IMG/VR virus record: IMGVR_UViG_3300028914_000074 | Span: 6,088-70,087 of that record | Strand: one strand, 5' to 3' | DNA length: 64,000 nucleotides | Source: a virus | Lineage: Duplodnaviria > Caudoviricetes | Shown: piece after piece, positions 52,867 to 62,876 of the stretch | How the letters are laid out: every line of letters begins with the position of its first letter | How positions within the stretch are numbered: position 1 is the first letter of the stretch | Notes under the pieces: generated by a model | The model's database searches: none | Seen by the model: the letters and a program-made list of their open reading frames with translations, nothing else | What the model was told of the DNA's origin: nothing | Translations under genes and position numbers: made by a program

Positions 52867-53703
52867 TCATGCCCTCACGGTATACTTCAAACTGATATAT
52901 CCTGCACCGCTTTTCAGTTTTCCCCATCTAGTTTTTCCGTTCATTTTTTCGTCAATGATGGTGTAAATTTCTCCACGGTGTACCGTTGTAACAACTGGAT
53001 AATTCGTTCCAGCACCCTTGCGAACATTTAATTCGTCACAATTTATTTTAACTTTGTATGGAAATTTGTTTGTAGGATCGTCAGGCTTTACGGAACCATT
53101 AAAAAATTCATTTATGCACTCCGCTTCTGCCTTTGCAAGTCTTTCAAGGTTTGCGTCCTGAAGCAACCATCTGACCGTGTTTGAATTGGTATGGAATCCG
53201 TGTTCAAGTATGAGTCCCGGCGTTCCAACAAGTCTTGCTCCATGTAAAACGCCATAATAATTATCATTTTGGAACCCGTCTCCGTTTCTGTCCGATTGTG
53301 CCATTCTTACGTTAATTCTGTATGCAATTCCCATTACGTTTGCTATTACTGGGGCAATCTTTTGCGCAAATTCCTTTGAAACGTCATCACATTTTGTTGT
53401 AAGATCGTTTACAAGATGATATATGGCAGCATAGCTTACGTTTTCGTTCATTCCGTTTCCAACCGCATTTGAATGATTTGATATAAACAAATTGCAACCT
53501 TTTGAAGCTTTTCCTCTGCTTACCAATGCAAGGTCTTTGTTTGGATCATTTCTTGTTAAAATTACGGTATGCCCCATTTGTTCAAGATACTTTTTCTGCA
53601 TTTGAGAAAGCTTCCATACCATTTCGCTTTCATAATACTGCGGAATTGCCGGACAACGATTATATTTTCCATAGTGTCCAGGGTCTATGCAGATTATAGC
53701 CAT
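52867..53703 (-). CDS. endolysin: N-acetylmuramoyl-L-alanine amidase (Amidase_3) + SH3
   Basis: CIDPGHYG..E, FISNHSNA, LILEHGFHTN; C-terminal LNVRKGAGTNY...WGKLKSGAGYI. Confidence 0.9.
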   Translation of the reverse strand: MAIICIDPGHYGKYNRCPAIPQYYESEMVWKLSQMQKKYLEQMGHTVILTRNDPNKDLALVSRGKASKGCNLFISNHSNAVGNGMNENVSYAAIYHLVNDLTTKCDDVSKEFAQKIAPVIANVMGIAYRINVRMAQSDRNGDGFQNDNYYGVLHGARLVGTPGLILEHGFHTNSNTVRWLLQDANLERLAKAEAECINEFFNGSVKPDDPTNKFPYKVKINCDELNVRKGAGTNYPVVTTVHRGEIYTIIDEKMNGKTRWGKLKSGAGYISLKYTVRA

Positions 53704-53704
53704 C

Positions 53705-54097
53705 CTATAAGTCTCCTTCCTTTCTGTTGTTTGCCATTTCCACGGAAAATCCTTCCGGGTATCTTGCTTTTAGCTTGTCAATGTTCATTTCCATTATTTC
53801 GTCCATGTTCCATCCAAAGGAATCACAAATCATTGCTAAATACCAGAATATATCACCGCACTCTTTCTTAGCGTGTTCAACGTCAAGTGGCTTTTCGTGG
53901 AATATCCACTTTTTAATCATATCATTAAATTCACCGACTTCTCCTGACAATCCAAGGCATCCATTCAATAATCCACCGATGTCTGATATCGGTACATAAC
54001 ATTCAGGAGAATTTACTCCTAATGACTTTTTTAGTCTTTCAGTACCTTTCCCATCATTCGTCCTCATTGCCATTTTTTGATATTCGTTTCCTAACAT
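53705..54097 (-). CDS. MazG-like nucleotide pyrophosphohydrolase
   Basis: LGLSGEVGEFNDMIKK...KECGDIFWY (ExxE...ExxD). Confidence 0.85.
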   Translation of the reverse strand: MLGNEYQKMAMRTNDGKGTERLKKSLGVNSPECYVPISDIGGLLNGCLGLSGEVGEFNDMIKKWIFHEKPLDVEHAKKECGDIFWYLAMICDSFGWNMDEIMEMNIDKLKARYPEGFSVEMANNRKEGDL

Positions 54098-57000
54098 CTC
54101 TTTCCTCCTTATATTTTCTTTCTATTTCGTCCATAACAACGCCCATGTACTTCAAAGCATACTGATAATACTTTGTTCCCTTGTATTTCATAATACGCTT
54201 GTCAGCCAAAGAAATCAATCCTTCCCACCATTCTTCTTTTTCTGGATTCCATGATGCAAGCGCGCCCTTAAAAAAGTTCCATACTTCACCGCTTATTGTC
54301 TTTATTTGGTTAAGATATTCTTCCATTATCTCACCACCAATTCTATGCCCGTCTTTTCCAAAAGTTCCCTTGCTACGTCATCAGGTGTTCTGCCGTTCGC
54401 CCATTCTCCATCTAGTCTGCGTGATACTTCCGAAAATACGCATTCAACAAAATCATCTCCATAACCCATATCATGTAGAACAATACCTACCATTGACATA
54501 ATATAGCCAAAAGATTCATTGGATCGTCTTTCAAGTTCTTTGTTTGCGTCTTTCGTAATTCTTTCATTTGCCTTTGTTACAATGTTTTGCGTTTTGTTTA
54601 GTGCCTTAATGATTTTTCTTCTTTCAGACCGATTCCCGGCTCTAGCAATCATTTCAGCGACTTCATCCGCTGCGCTTGGTTTATTAAAATACTTTCCGTA
54701 GTCCATAGCGTACCCCTGTGGCTTTCGTTTTTGCCCCTAAAATCAATTTGAATTTGTATTTCGATACTTTTATTATCTATTTGTATAAAACGGCTTATTT
54801 TGGCTTATTTTTGAATTTGTCTTGATTTCAATTCTTCGTATTCTTCTTTTGTAATTTCTTTTGTTTTGTCCCTTAAATCGAAAAATCTGTTTATTTCCAC
54901 CCTTTCACCGTCCTTAATCAGATAAAGTATACCCATTGTATCAAAATCTCCATTTTTATCATCAACGAGAAATTCTTCGCAGTATACCTTAATCGGAGTT
55001 GTTGGAGGCATATAAGGCATGGTTATTGGGTATATTTCCTCAATTATTTTTCTGACAAGTCCATTTGTAAAACTAATTTCTGGTCTATTTATTTCAATGC
55101 AACAAAAACTACCTTGATCGCTATACTTTACCGTTCCGTCTTTGTTTACTTCCTTAAAAAGGCTATACATTCTCTTACATTGATATGTATTGTCATAAAC
55201 TAAATTCCAAACGTCATCCATATCTTCAATAGGAGTAAGCGGTTTTCCGTCAATCAGCCTGTTAAGTATTGACTTTGTTATCATGATTGACATTCCGCTG
55301 TGTTCATCTTCGCACAATGATTTGAAAGCCTTTAATGCAGAACCATAGCATCCGCATCCATAATCAAAAGTTTTCGGCATACCATTTTCGTCAAGTTCAA
55401 TGCTTTCGTTTTCTTTTTTGCAAGCAATTCTAACTTCGTCCATCGCCCATTCCATCATACTCATTTTTGTTTTCCCCTTTCAAAACAATGTCATTTGTCC
55501 GTCAATCTGTTCTTCCGTTTTCTTTTCAGCACCGATTCTTAACTCTATTATGTCTCTTCCGTATGGATTTTCTTTGTTTGGAAACAGACCGCAAGCTTCA
55601 TATCCAGCTTTCCAATCCGATGCTTCACTCGCTGTTATGCCGTAAACTTCGCATTTCCTCAAAGCACTTGCGCATACCTGATTCTTTCCCCAATGTTTGT
55701 AGTGTTCGCAATTCTTGCATTTTCCGTCTGCTGTTCCAAACAATTTGTGCATAAGTTTAATTTTTCGCAACATTTTTTATCTCCAATAACTCAACTTCAT
55801 CTGCCATAAATCTATTTACTTTATCCCTGCTATTACAATTTGGGAAATCATCAACGCTTATTCTATACCTTCCGAACCGATCAATACCTTCGATTATTGT
55901 AACCACTTTCCCGTAATGAGGATGTTCTTTTTCCACCATCCTTAATGCAAAATTTACAGGAATCCATATAGCCTTATCTCCGATTTTCATTGATTATCCT
56001 TTCTATTCATTATCCCCCATTTTCTTAACCATGTTTTCAATTATCGGTTTCATGTGTACTTCAAAATGTAGCCTGTCATATACCTCTAACGCTCTTCCGA
56101 TATATGCCATATTATCTGCTGTCAAGTCCACATGATAAACTGTGTCTTTGTCCGGCAAATCGTGTCCCTTAATCTTTCCTGCATATCTCCAATCATAAGT
56201 TTGTTGCATGAGATCATGTGAAGTGTTATTCTCTTCGTTCGTTCCATTTGGTATCAAATCCATGTTTACCATTGTTACATGAAAATTGCTTTTGTGCGTC
56301 TGCTTATTCAGTGCCGCTATTGCTTCGCCTACCGTACTCATTTTTTATCCCCTTTCATTCATTCTTTCCCATTTCCCATCAATAGGACGCCATAAGTGCA
56401 ACGCTTCTGTCATGTTTATATATTCGCTCTTTTTCGGATGTATCTGCACAACTTCTTCTTCGTCATTCCAAAAAATATCTTTGACTTCGCACATTTCTTC
56501 CCAATTCGGAAGTCTCCTTGCTTGCAATTCTACAGATACATGTTCCCATTCTCTTTCATTCCATCCGGCTACAAAACTACACTCAATTCCTGACGATAAT
56601 TTCAATTTCCCAAAAAGCATATCATATGCACCTAAAGGCTTGCTATAAAGGTATTGTTTCGATTTCTTGACTTCTTCAATCGTTTTCATCGGATTCTCCT
56701 TTCAAAATTTCTTTTATTCTTTTCATCATTTCATCTGCGCCTTCTTGTGTGAAATCAAATCTTTCTGCATCTTTTCCGTCATAAATTTCCCAGTATGGAA
56801 TAGGTGTTTTTCCTTCATACATATATGCCATAGTTGAATATGCATCAAAGTAAACTGAAACGTGCTTCCCGTTATGACCAACATAAAATCTTGCCAACGC
56901 TCCCATGAATGGCGCAATAATTTTTACATCCCATTCCTTATCAAAGTGCAAAATTGGCATCCTTTTGTTCCATTCTTTCCATTTTTCCATTTTCTCAATT

Positions 57001-57886
57001 TTCAATCTTTCTTCATAATCAAACATCATTTTCTCCTTTCAACGCTTGATTCCATTTTGTTGCATACTCACCGATATAACCTTCTTCTGGCCTTGCATCT
57101 CCTGCTGCTATAATAAACGGCATACAAATTTCATCCAATAAGCAATTAGGCTCTTTGTAAATGTCATATTCCTCATGCAAAAAATAATATCCCAATAGTT
57201 CTCTATCGCTATCTTTGTTTTTATGGTACTCCCTGATAAACCGAAAACCTCTGCCACAAAGCGGACACTTTGCAAGTTTCGCACCAAATTCCAAATCTTC
57301 CTCTGTCCGATACCGTATCTCTTTATCATATTTCCAATGCCTATATGGTACATATTGTGAACGATTAAGCACATATCCGTCTTTTACAGCGTTAATAATC
57401 GTTTCTTTTGCTTCTTCAACCTCATTTGTAGGAACATTATACCGATATGGAATAATTTTTCTTAATACCTCTTCTGCTTCTGAAATCCTCATGTAAACTT
57501 TTCTCCCATTCATGCCATCTTGCCGTATTCGTCGCGTAATATTCTGACGGTACTATCTGCCAGATTTCCCACATGATCTTGCTTTCGTGCCAATTCGCCC
57601 ACTTGTAAATGTCCATGTATCTGACTTTCGGCGTTATCACCCAACCTTTGATGCACCATACCCTTAGTTCATCATCACCGAAACCGCCTTCACATACCCT
57701 TTCTACAAGTCCTTCCCGTTCATACTCTTTCAGGTACTTTCTTACCTTATACTTCGATATGCCAAGTTGCCATGCCAAACTTCCCGTTGTTGAAATGTAG
57801 TCATATCCGCTCATATCAATCATACAACTCCGGCAACAAAGTTCATAAAGCAGCCTTTCTTTTTCCGTTAATCTCTCTTCCCTCAT
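54054..57886 (-). other. block of ~10 small replication-region hypothetical genes (e.g. 54805..55464, 56345..56689, Lar-like CPLCG gene 57019..57513)
   Basis: Tiled coupled ORFs with RBSs. Confidence 0.6.
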
Positions 57887-57895
57887 GCGTTCTCC

Positions 57896-59722
57896 CTACG
57901 TAAACGGCGTGTCATCATCTTCGGATAACTGGATAAAGCCTTCTTCGTCAAATTTTTCCCAACTATATTTTCTGTTTACATCATCATGAAATCCATAAAG
58001 TCTCTTTGACTTATCGTCATAATTTATCTGCCATCCTGTTTCGTTTATTTTTCCAAACAATCTGTTTTTCCAACACTTCAAAACTCTGCTTCCGCTATCT
58101 TCGTCTTTGTCGATCATAAGAGTTATAGCAGCAAGATTTGTTATGTCTGACGATCCTCCTACTTCGTCATTTCCGTTTTTACCATAAGTGTTTTTTCTCA
58201 TATGAGCAACAAGCATTATCAAAACATTGTAGGTCATTGCCAATCTTGCCAATGCTTTTACAAACTTACTTTGCCGTTCATATTTATCAGATTCACCATT
58301 ATGGAAAATGTCAATAGCCGTCATAAGGTTATCAATCAAAATAACATTACACCCAAGTCTGCAAATAACGTCCTCAATGATTTTTAGCAAATCAACCATT
58401 TCATCTTCTTCAATAATTCCATCATCAAATAGCAACAATTTACCTCTGAGCCATTCTGAAATTAAAGACTTGTTTTTGCTTGAAACATTATATCCTTTGT
58501 CTCCCCATTTTGTATCATAGGTTATAACATGGCTTGACCCAGCTGCCTGATAAGTGATCCATGCCTTAAAATTGTGATTAGGCAATTCTCCGCTATAAGC
58601 AAATACCTTGTGATTTGTTTCAATGGCATTCAAAAGAATCTGACTAGCCATAGTGGATTTTCCTAATCCGCTTTTCCCTGTTATGATTGTTACGCCACAA
58701 AAAGGAAGCCCACCATACAGAAGTTGATCTAAGTCCTTAAATCCTGTTTTTAATTTTTCAAGGTCAAAAGGATTCAAGTCCTCTACGTCTGCTATATCGA
58801 CAACATGACTTATCGGAACGTCTACAGCATTTTCAATACAAACCTTTATTTGATTCTTGCCATACTTCCGTAAAATGTCATTTGCGTCTTTGCAATCCTT
58901 GTAATCTTCTTCTCTTACGTGTTTCACCCTCTTCCGGCGAAACCGTGTTTTGATTTCGTCCAGTAGTGAAATTTTGCCTTTTTCGTAATCCCCAAAAACA
59001 ATAATTGAATCAAACTTGTTTACAAAATCCCAACAGTTAGGAACCCACGTAAATCCCTTTGCTCCTGTCGGAACGGATAACGCATTTTCAAATCCACAAT
59101 CAGCAACGGAAAGTGAATCCATCTGACCTTCCGTGATTATGAGCGTTTTGTTCTCAAAGTTGCAATGATTCATTCCAAACAATATAGGCGTTCCACCAGA
59201 TTGACACCACTCTTTGTTTTTGTCCTTCTCTTTGTCAAAGTCTGTTTTTCGATACTTGATAAACATTAAGTCTCCGTTATCTGCATAAAACGGAAAAACC
59301 AAAAGGTTATCTTTATCCGTTTGAGTGGTTATCTCATACTTCTTTGCCGTTTCCTCTGAAATCCCCCTACTAGCCAAATACTGAATTGCCGGTGGCTTCG
59401 GCTCTATTGGCTTATCAGGCTTCTTAAACTTTTTCTTTGTCGGTTGCGGTTTGAAATAGTTGTCAACCTCATTGCCAAGCGAAAATCCAAAGTCCTGACT
59501 AAGCTTTATCATGTTTCCAGAAACGCCACATGACGATCTCAAACACTTAAATACGCCATTTGTAAGACTTATTGCAAAAGTATACTTGTCTTTCGTATTC
59601 ATTCCGCAGTATGGGCATTTGACAAAATGCAATTCGTCTCCCTTTTCTTTCGCTTGAATGTGAACGTATCTTGCAAAGTCATAAGCGTCTTGTCTTTTGA
59701 ACTCATAAGGGCTATATCTCAT
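57896..59722 (-). CDS. primase-helicase (T7 gp4/Twinkle-like)
   Basis: N-terminal CPYC...C..C zinc motif; TOPRIM ITEGQMD and DANDIL; SF4 helicase TGKSGLGKST, ILIDNL, LVAH. Confidence 0.9.
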   Translation of the reverse strand: MRYSPYEFKRQDAYDFARYVHIQAKEKGDELHFVKCPYCGMNTKDKYTFAISLTNGVFKCLRSSCGVSGNMIKLSQDFGFSLGNEVDNYFKPQPTKKKFKKPDKPIEPKPPAIQYLASRGISEETAKKYEITTQTDKDNLLVFPFYADNGDLMFIKYRKTDFDKEKDKNKEWCQSGGTPILFGMNHCNFENKTLIITEGQMDSLSVADCGFENALSVPTGAKGFTWVPNCWDFVNKFDSIIVFGDYEKGKISLLDEIKTRFRRKRVKHVREEDYKDCKDANDILRKYGKNQIKVCIENAVDVPISHVVDIADVEDLNPFDLEKLKTGFKDLDQLLYGGLPFCGVTIITGKSGLGKSTMASQILLNAIETNHKVFAYSGELPNHNFKAWITYQAAGSSHVITYDTKWGDKGYNVSSKNKSLISEWLRGKLLLFDDGIIEEDEMVDLLKIIEDVICRLGCNVILIDNLMTAIDIFHNGESDKYERQSKFVKALARLAMTYNVLIMLVAHMRKNTYGKNGNDEVGGSSDITNLAAITLMIDKDEDSGSRVLKCWKNRLFGKINETGWQINYDDKSKRLYGFHDDVNRKYSWEKFDEEGFIQLSEDDDTPFT

Positions 59723-60588
59723 TAAAAATTCCCCCAATCAAAAGGTTTATCATATTCTTCGTTCATGCTTATCCATTCTCCGTCATCAAGAGAATATCCA
59801 TCTGATTCCAATTCTTCTTCAACTTTTTCTTGTGCATCTTTCTTTTGCTCTTTTTCAACAAGCTTTTCAAGATAATCTTTGTACTTTGTGTTGAAAAAGG
59901 TGCTGCCTTGTGGGTAATATTGCTTATCTCTATTTTGAGCAACCATATCAGCAACAAACATTTCAATACAAGCAATCATCTTTTCTTGACCGACTTTGTA
60001 AATCTCTTTTTTTGTTTTTTTTGAGACAGAATGCTTCCCATCTTTTTTGGGGTACATTTTCCATAGCATTTCAAAATTCTGTTCAACTAAATCGTCAAGA
60101 GATTCTTTATCTTTTTTATTATCATTATTTTCATTATTCTCATTATTATCATTATTGTTTAAATTTTTCTGCGTGATTTCTGCGTCATTTTCGTGTATTT
60201 TTTGCGTATTTTCTGTGTCATTTCTGTGTGTTTTCTGTGTGTTTTCTGCGTGTTTCGTATTCTGATAAAACTCATAGTTTACAACGGTTAGAAGTGTTTT
60301 TTTATTATCACTTTCTACCTTTATCATGTTTTCTGATTCCAACATTTCCAAAAACTTTCTAACCTTTGTTGTACTCCAATGCCATCTTTCAGCTAAAGTC
60401 CTTATGCTTGTGATCTTCTGCCCTGTCAAAATCTCCACTTTATTTCCGGCAAATATTATTTCTTTTGCTTCATGATTAACCAATAAAAGCAAATCAATCC
60501 ATGCGCTTCTTCTGTCGAAAGGTTCATCTGAATACCACAAAAAGCAATCCTGAATTTTTCTATGTAAACTAATGTAGCCAACATTCAT
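59722..60588 (-). CDS. phage replication initiator / replisome organizer
   Basis: GYISLHRKI...WIDLLLLVNH, ITSIRTLAERWHW, FEMLWKMYPKK. Confidence 0.8.
   Translation of the reverse strand: MNVGYISLHRKIQDCFLWYSDEPFDRRSAWIDLLLLVNHEAKEIIFAGNKVEILTGQKITSIRTLAERWHWSTTKVRKFLEMLESENMIKVESDNKKTLLTVVNYEFYQNTKHAENTQKTHRNDTENTQKIHENDAEITQKNLNNNDNNENNENNDNKKDKESLDDLVEQNFEMLWKMYPKKDGKHSVSKKTKKEIYKVGQEKMIACIEMFVADMVAQNRDKQYYPQGSTFFNTKYKDYLEKLVEKEQKKDAQEKVEEELESDGYSLDDGEWISMNEEYDKPFDWGNF
60110..60258. repeat. iteron-like 11-bp repeats plus AT-rich 9-bp repeats inside the initiator gene (candidate origin)
   Basis: ~9 degenerate copies of (a/g)TTTTCTGYGT at 60164-60258; CATTATT repeats at 60110-60157. Confidence 0.65.
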
Positions 60589-60590
60589 AT

Positions 60591-61118
60591 TTAACACCTT
60601 CCTACTTTTCTTTTTATGTAATTCAGAACATCTTTCGCACATTGCTCTGGATTGTCTTTTAGTTTTGATCCGCTAAAATGCAAAATGTCATATCCGCGCA
60701 GCTTCAAATCATAATCCCTTTTATTGTCATAATCCACCTGGTATTTACTTATCTTATGATAATTATGTCCGTCACATTCTACTATAAGTTTGTAATCCGG
60801 GTTTCTCCTATCAAATATCAGAAAATCAGCAACATACCTTTTATCAGAAATAAAAATATCGTGTTGTGGGATAACCTGAATAAATTGGTTCCCATTATCA
60901 AGCAAAAGTAATCTGAATGACAGCAGGAACAATTTTTCTATCTCACTATCGCAATTATTTGTGTCTATGACAATATCATTCAGTTTTCCATCTAATTTAT
61001 TTGGCATGGAAGAATTTTTCTGAATAAAATCCCATACAATATTGCAACATTGTTCGGATAGTTCCAATAATACTGACAAAGCTATGCTACCGTTTTCAAA
61101 GTGCATATTATACCTCAA
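60591..61118 (-). CDS. DUF559/Vsr-like PD-(D/E)XK nuclease
   Basis: YVADFLI..LIVECDGHNYH..DNKRD..L..RGYDILHFSG. Confidence 0.75.
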   Translation of the reverse strand: MRYNMHFENGSIALSVLLELSEQCCNIVWDFIQKNSSMPNKLDGKLNDIVIDTNNCDSEIEKLFLLSFRLLLLDNGNQFIQVIPQHDIFISDKRYVADFLIFDRRNPDYKLIVECDGHNYHKISKYQVDYDNKRDYDLKLRGYDILHFSGSKLKDNPEQCAKDVLNYIKRKVGRC

Positions 61119-61240
61119 AAAAATCGCTCAATAGAGTGTCTGCACCACTCCATGAGCGATCTATAGTAAAAGAGACTAATCCCTTTATACCCATGTTCAT
61201 TTTGTAAGTGTGCAGAACTTACTACAGATAGTATAGCACG

Positions 61241-61732
61241 TCATTCAGCAGATTTCAATAGCTTTTCTCCATTTTCAATCAGTAGTTTTCCCAATTCCTT
61301 GAAATGTCTGTTTCTCTCAATAAAGGCGTTCAGTTCTGCCTTAATCCTGTTGAATACTATGGCACTTGTTTCTTTGTCGGACAACACAACATCAATGCTC
61401 TGGTACTGTGCATTCACTTTTTTAGGACTGATATTGACTACGGCAGATACTTTTCTTTCCTTTTCCTCATCGTCAAGATAAACAACCCTTAAATGAACGA
61501 TTGCGTGTCTTGATTGTTCTAGCCTATACTGTTCCGCAGCTATGCCATCATTCCACTCAAAAAGTTCATGCGTAGGTGAATCGGAAGGTCTTGATCGTTC
61601 CAAAAACTCTTCCTTTGTCACGGTTCCACATTCCTCTTGAATTTCCTCCAACACGCCACCAACAACATCTGCATTTACCTTTGGCGTATATCCTTCTCCC
61701 CATTCATACTTTCTTTTTGGCTGATATACCAT
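61241..61732 (-). CDS. hypothetical protein downstream of the pentamer array
   Basis: 163 aa; SPTHELFEWNDGIAAEQYRLEQSRHAI; RBS AAAGGGG directly after the last GGCAGGC. Confidence 0.75.
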   Translation of the reverse strand: MVYQPKRKYEWGEGYTPKVNADVVGGVLEEIQEECGTVTKEEFLERSRPSDSPTHELFEWNDGIAAEQYRLEQSRHAIVHLRVVYLDDEEKERKVSAVVNISPKKVNAQYQSIDVVLSDKETSAIVFNRIKAELNAFIERNRHFKELGKLLIENGEKLLKSAE

Positions 61733-61757
61733 TGATTGTTTCCCCTTTCTTTTTATT

Positions 61758-62120
61758 GCCTGCCAAAACCTACCACAACTCGACTTACCTTGCCAAACCG
61801 AGCCGTGCCAAGCCTGCCATAACGCACCAAAACGTACCGCGACCTACCAATCCGCAACTGACCATAACGTGCCTGCCATAACACAACTCACACCACAACA
61901 AACCTTGCCGTGCCTTAACCCAACGAACGCCACCTTGCCTGCCAAAACTTAACCTACCTTACCTTACCTTACACTACCCGACCCAAACTTGCCTCGCCTG
62001 CCAGACCTTAACTTAACCCACATTTCCTTGACACACCATGACTCAACTTGCCAAGCCTGCCAAGCCTTAACTCACCTGAACAAACCCTTCCTGAACTTAC
62101 CCCTCCCTACCATGCCTGCC
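61758..62120 (-). ncRNA. pentamer-periodic guide-like RNA array (6 units, GGY/NN alternation)
   Basis: GGCAGGC at 61758, 61812, 61871, 61937, 61996, 62055, 62114 (spacing 54, 59, 66, 59, 59, 59); between them NN alternates with GGT/GGC/GTT/GGA/GTC triplets. Confidence 0.85.
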
Positions 62121-62123
62121 AAA

Positions 62124-62160
62124 AAGTCAAGGCAAAGCCAAATAGACAATGCCTTGACTT
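62124..62160 (-). other. 11-bp perfect hairpin leader of the array
   Basis: AAGTCAAGGCA / TGCCTTGACTT with 15-nt loop. Confidence 0.8.
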
Positions 62161-62168
62161 CCATTTTA

Positions 62169-62828
62169 CTACTCGATTACGATGTGATAGGTTCCAAACG
62201 AACCATCTTTCTCAGGACGCCATTCGCCAATTCCTACTGAATATCCTCCGGCATTGATAATGTTTACAATCTGTTCAAGCGTCATATCTCCGCTTGCGTT
62301 GTATTCCAGAATCATTTCCATAGACCAATTCCGAAACTCTGCACGATAACGCAAATCTGCGCTTCCACTGCCGATTCTGACCATATCCTCACGCATGATA
62401 GGAGTTGAACCTTTAATCTCTGCCATTTCTCCGTATTCAGTTTTAAGGAAATACGAACCACGCAAGGACATCTGATTTTTTACCCACCCGTTGCGATATG
62501 CAGCCGAATTTCCTGCCATCTTGATTGCACCAACCGGGAATCCCCACTTTGCACCATTCTTTACTGCATCCTCAAACGCCTCAACGGTACTTTCTTCCGG
62601 CTTTCCTTCAAGCCAATACATACTCTGAATGAAATCGTCATAAGGATCACGGACGGACTTGCTCTTTGTCTTAGTTGCCTTTGTCTGCGCCTCAAGCATC
62701 ATACGCTTTGCCTTTTCAGACCACGCATGAACGATCAGCGGCGTATCTCCAACAATCTTAATCTTGACACGCTTAATATCAAGCGGTCTAATCTCAACTA
62801 CAGTTTCCTCTTTCTTTGTTGCTCCCAT
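62169..62828 (-). CDS. RAMP/Cas7-like protein (Vipr-like)
   Basis: N-terminal strand IKIVGDTPLIVH, GFPVGAIK, and C-terminal Gly-rich loop GGYSVGIGEWRPEKDGSFGTY are typical of the RAMP architecture; adjacent to the array. Confidence 0.7.
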   Translation of the reverse strand: MGATKKEETVVEIRPLDIKRVKIKIVGDTPLIVHAWSEKAKRMMLEAQTKATKTKSKSVRDPYDDFIQSMYWLEGKPEESTVEAFEDAVKNGAKWGFPVGAIKMAGNSAAYRNGWVKNQMSLRGSYFLKTEYGEMAEIKGSTPIMREDMVRIGSGSADLRYRAEFRNWSMEMILEYNASGDMTLEQIVNIINAGGYSVGIGEWRPEKDGSFGTYHIVIE

Positions 62829-62876
62829 TTTTTGTTTCTCCTTTCAATTTGAAATTTGTTGTTTGGTTCTAATGTC

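Noticed and set aside
3623-60911. Numerous plus-strand ORFs outside 47.7-52.2 kb (e.g. 3623..4351, 8087..8869, 16572..17219, 20571..21215)
   Set aside because: Antisense shadows of well-supported minus-strand genes; no RBS or recognisable motifs.
61758-62120. CRISPR array, TIGR array or ordinary microsatellite
   Set aside because: There is no 20-40-bp repeat with free spacers and no cas1/cas2. The constant delimiter is only 7 nt, and the 'spacer' itself has a 5-nt scaffold. No box C/D-like motifs or Nop-domain gene are seen. The variable positions are too ordered for slippage.
61576-62257. Plus-strand ORFs 61576..61881, 61989..62240, 62048..62257
   Set aside because: Pro/Leu/Thr-rich translations of the repeat array, antisense to the operon, with no RBS.
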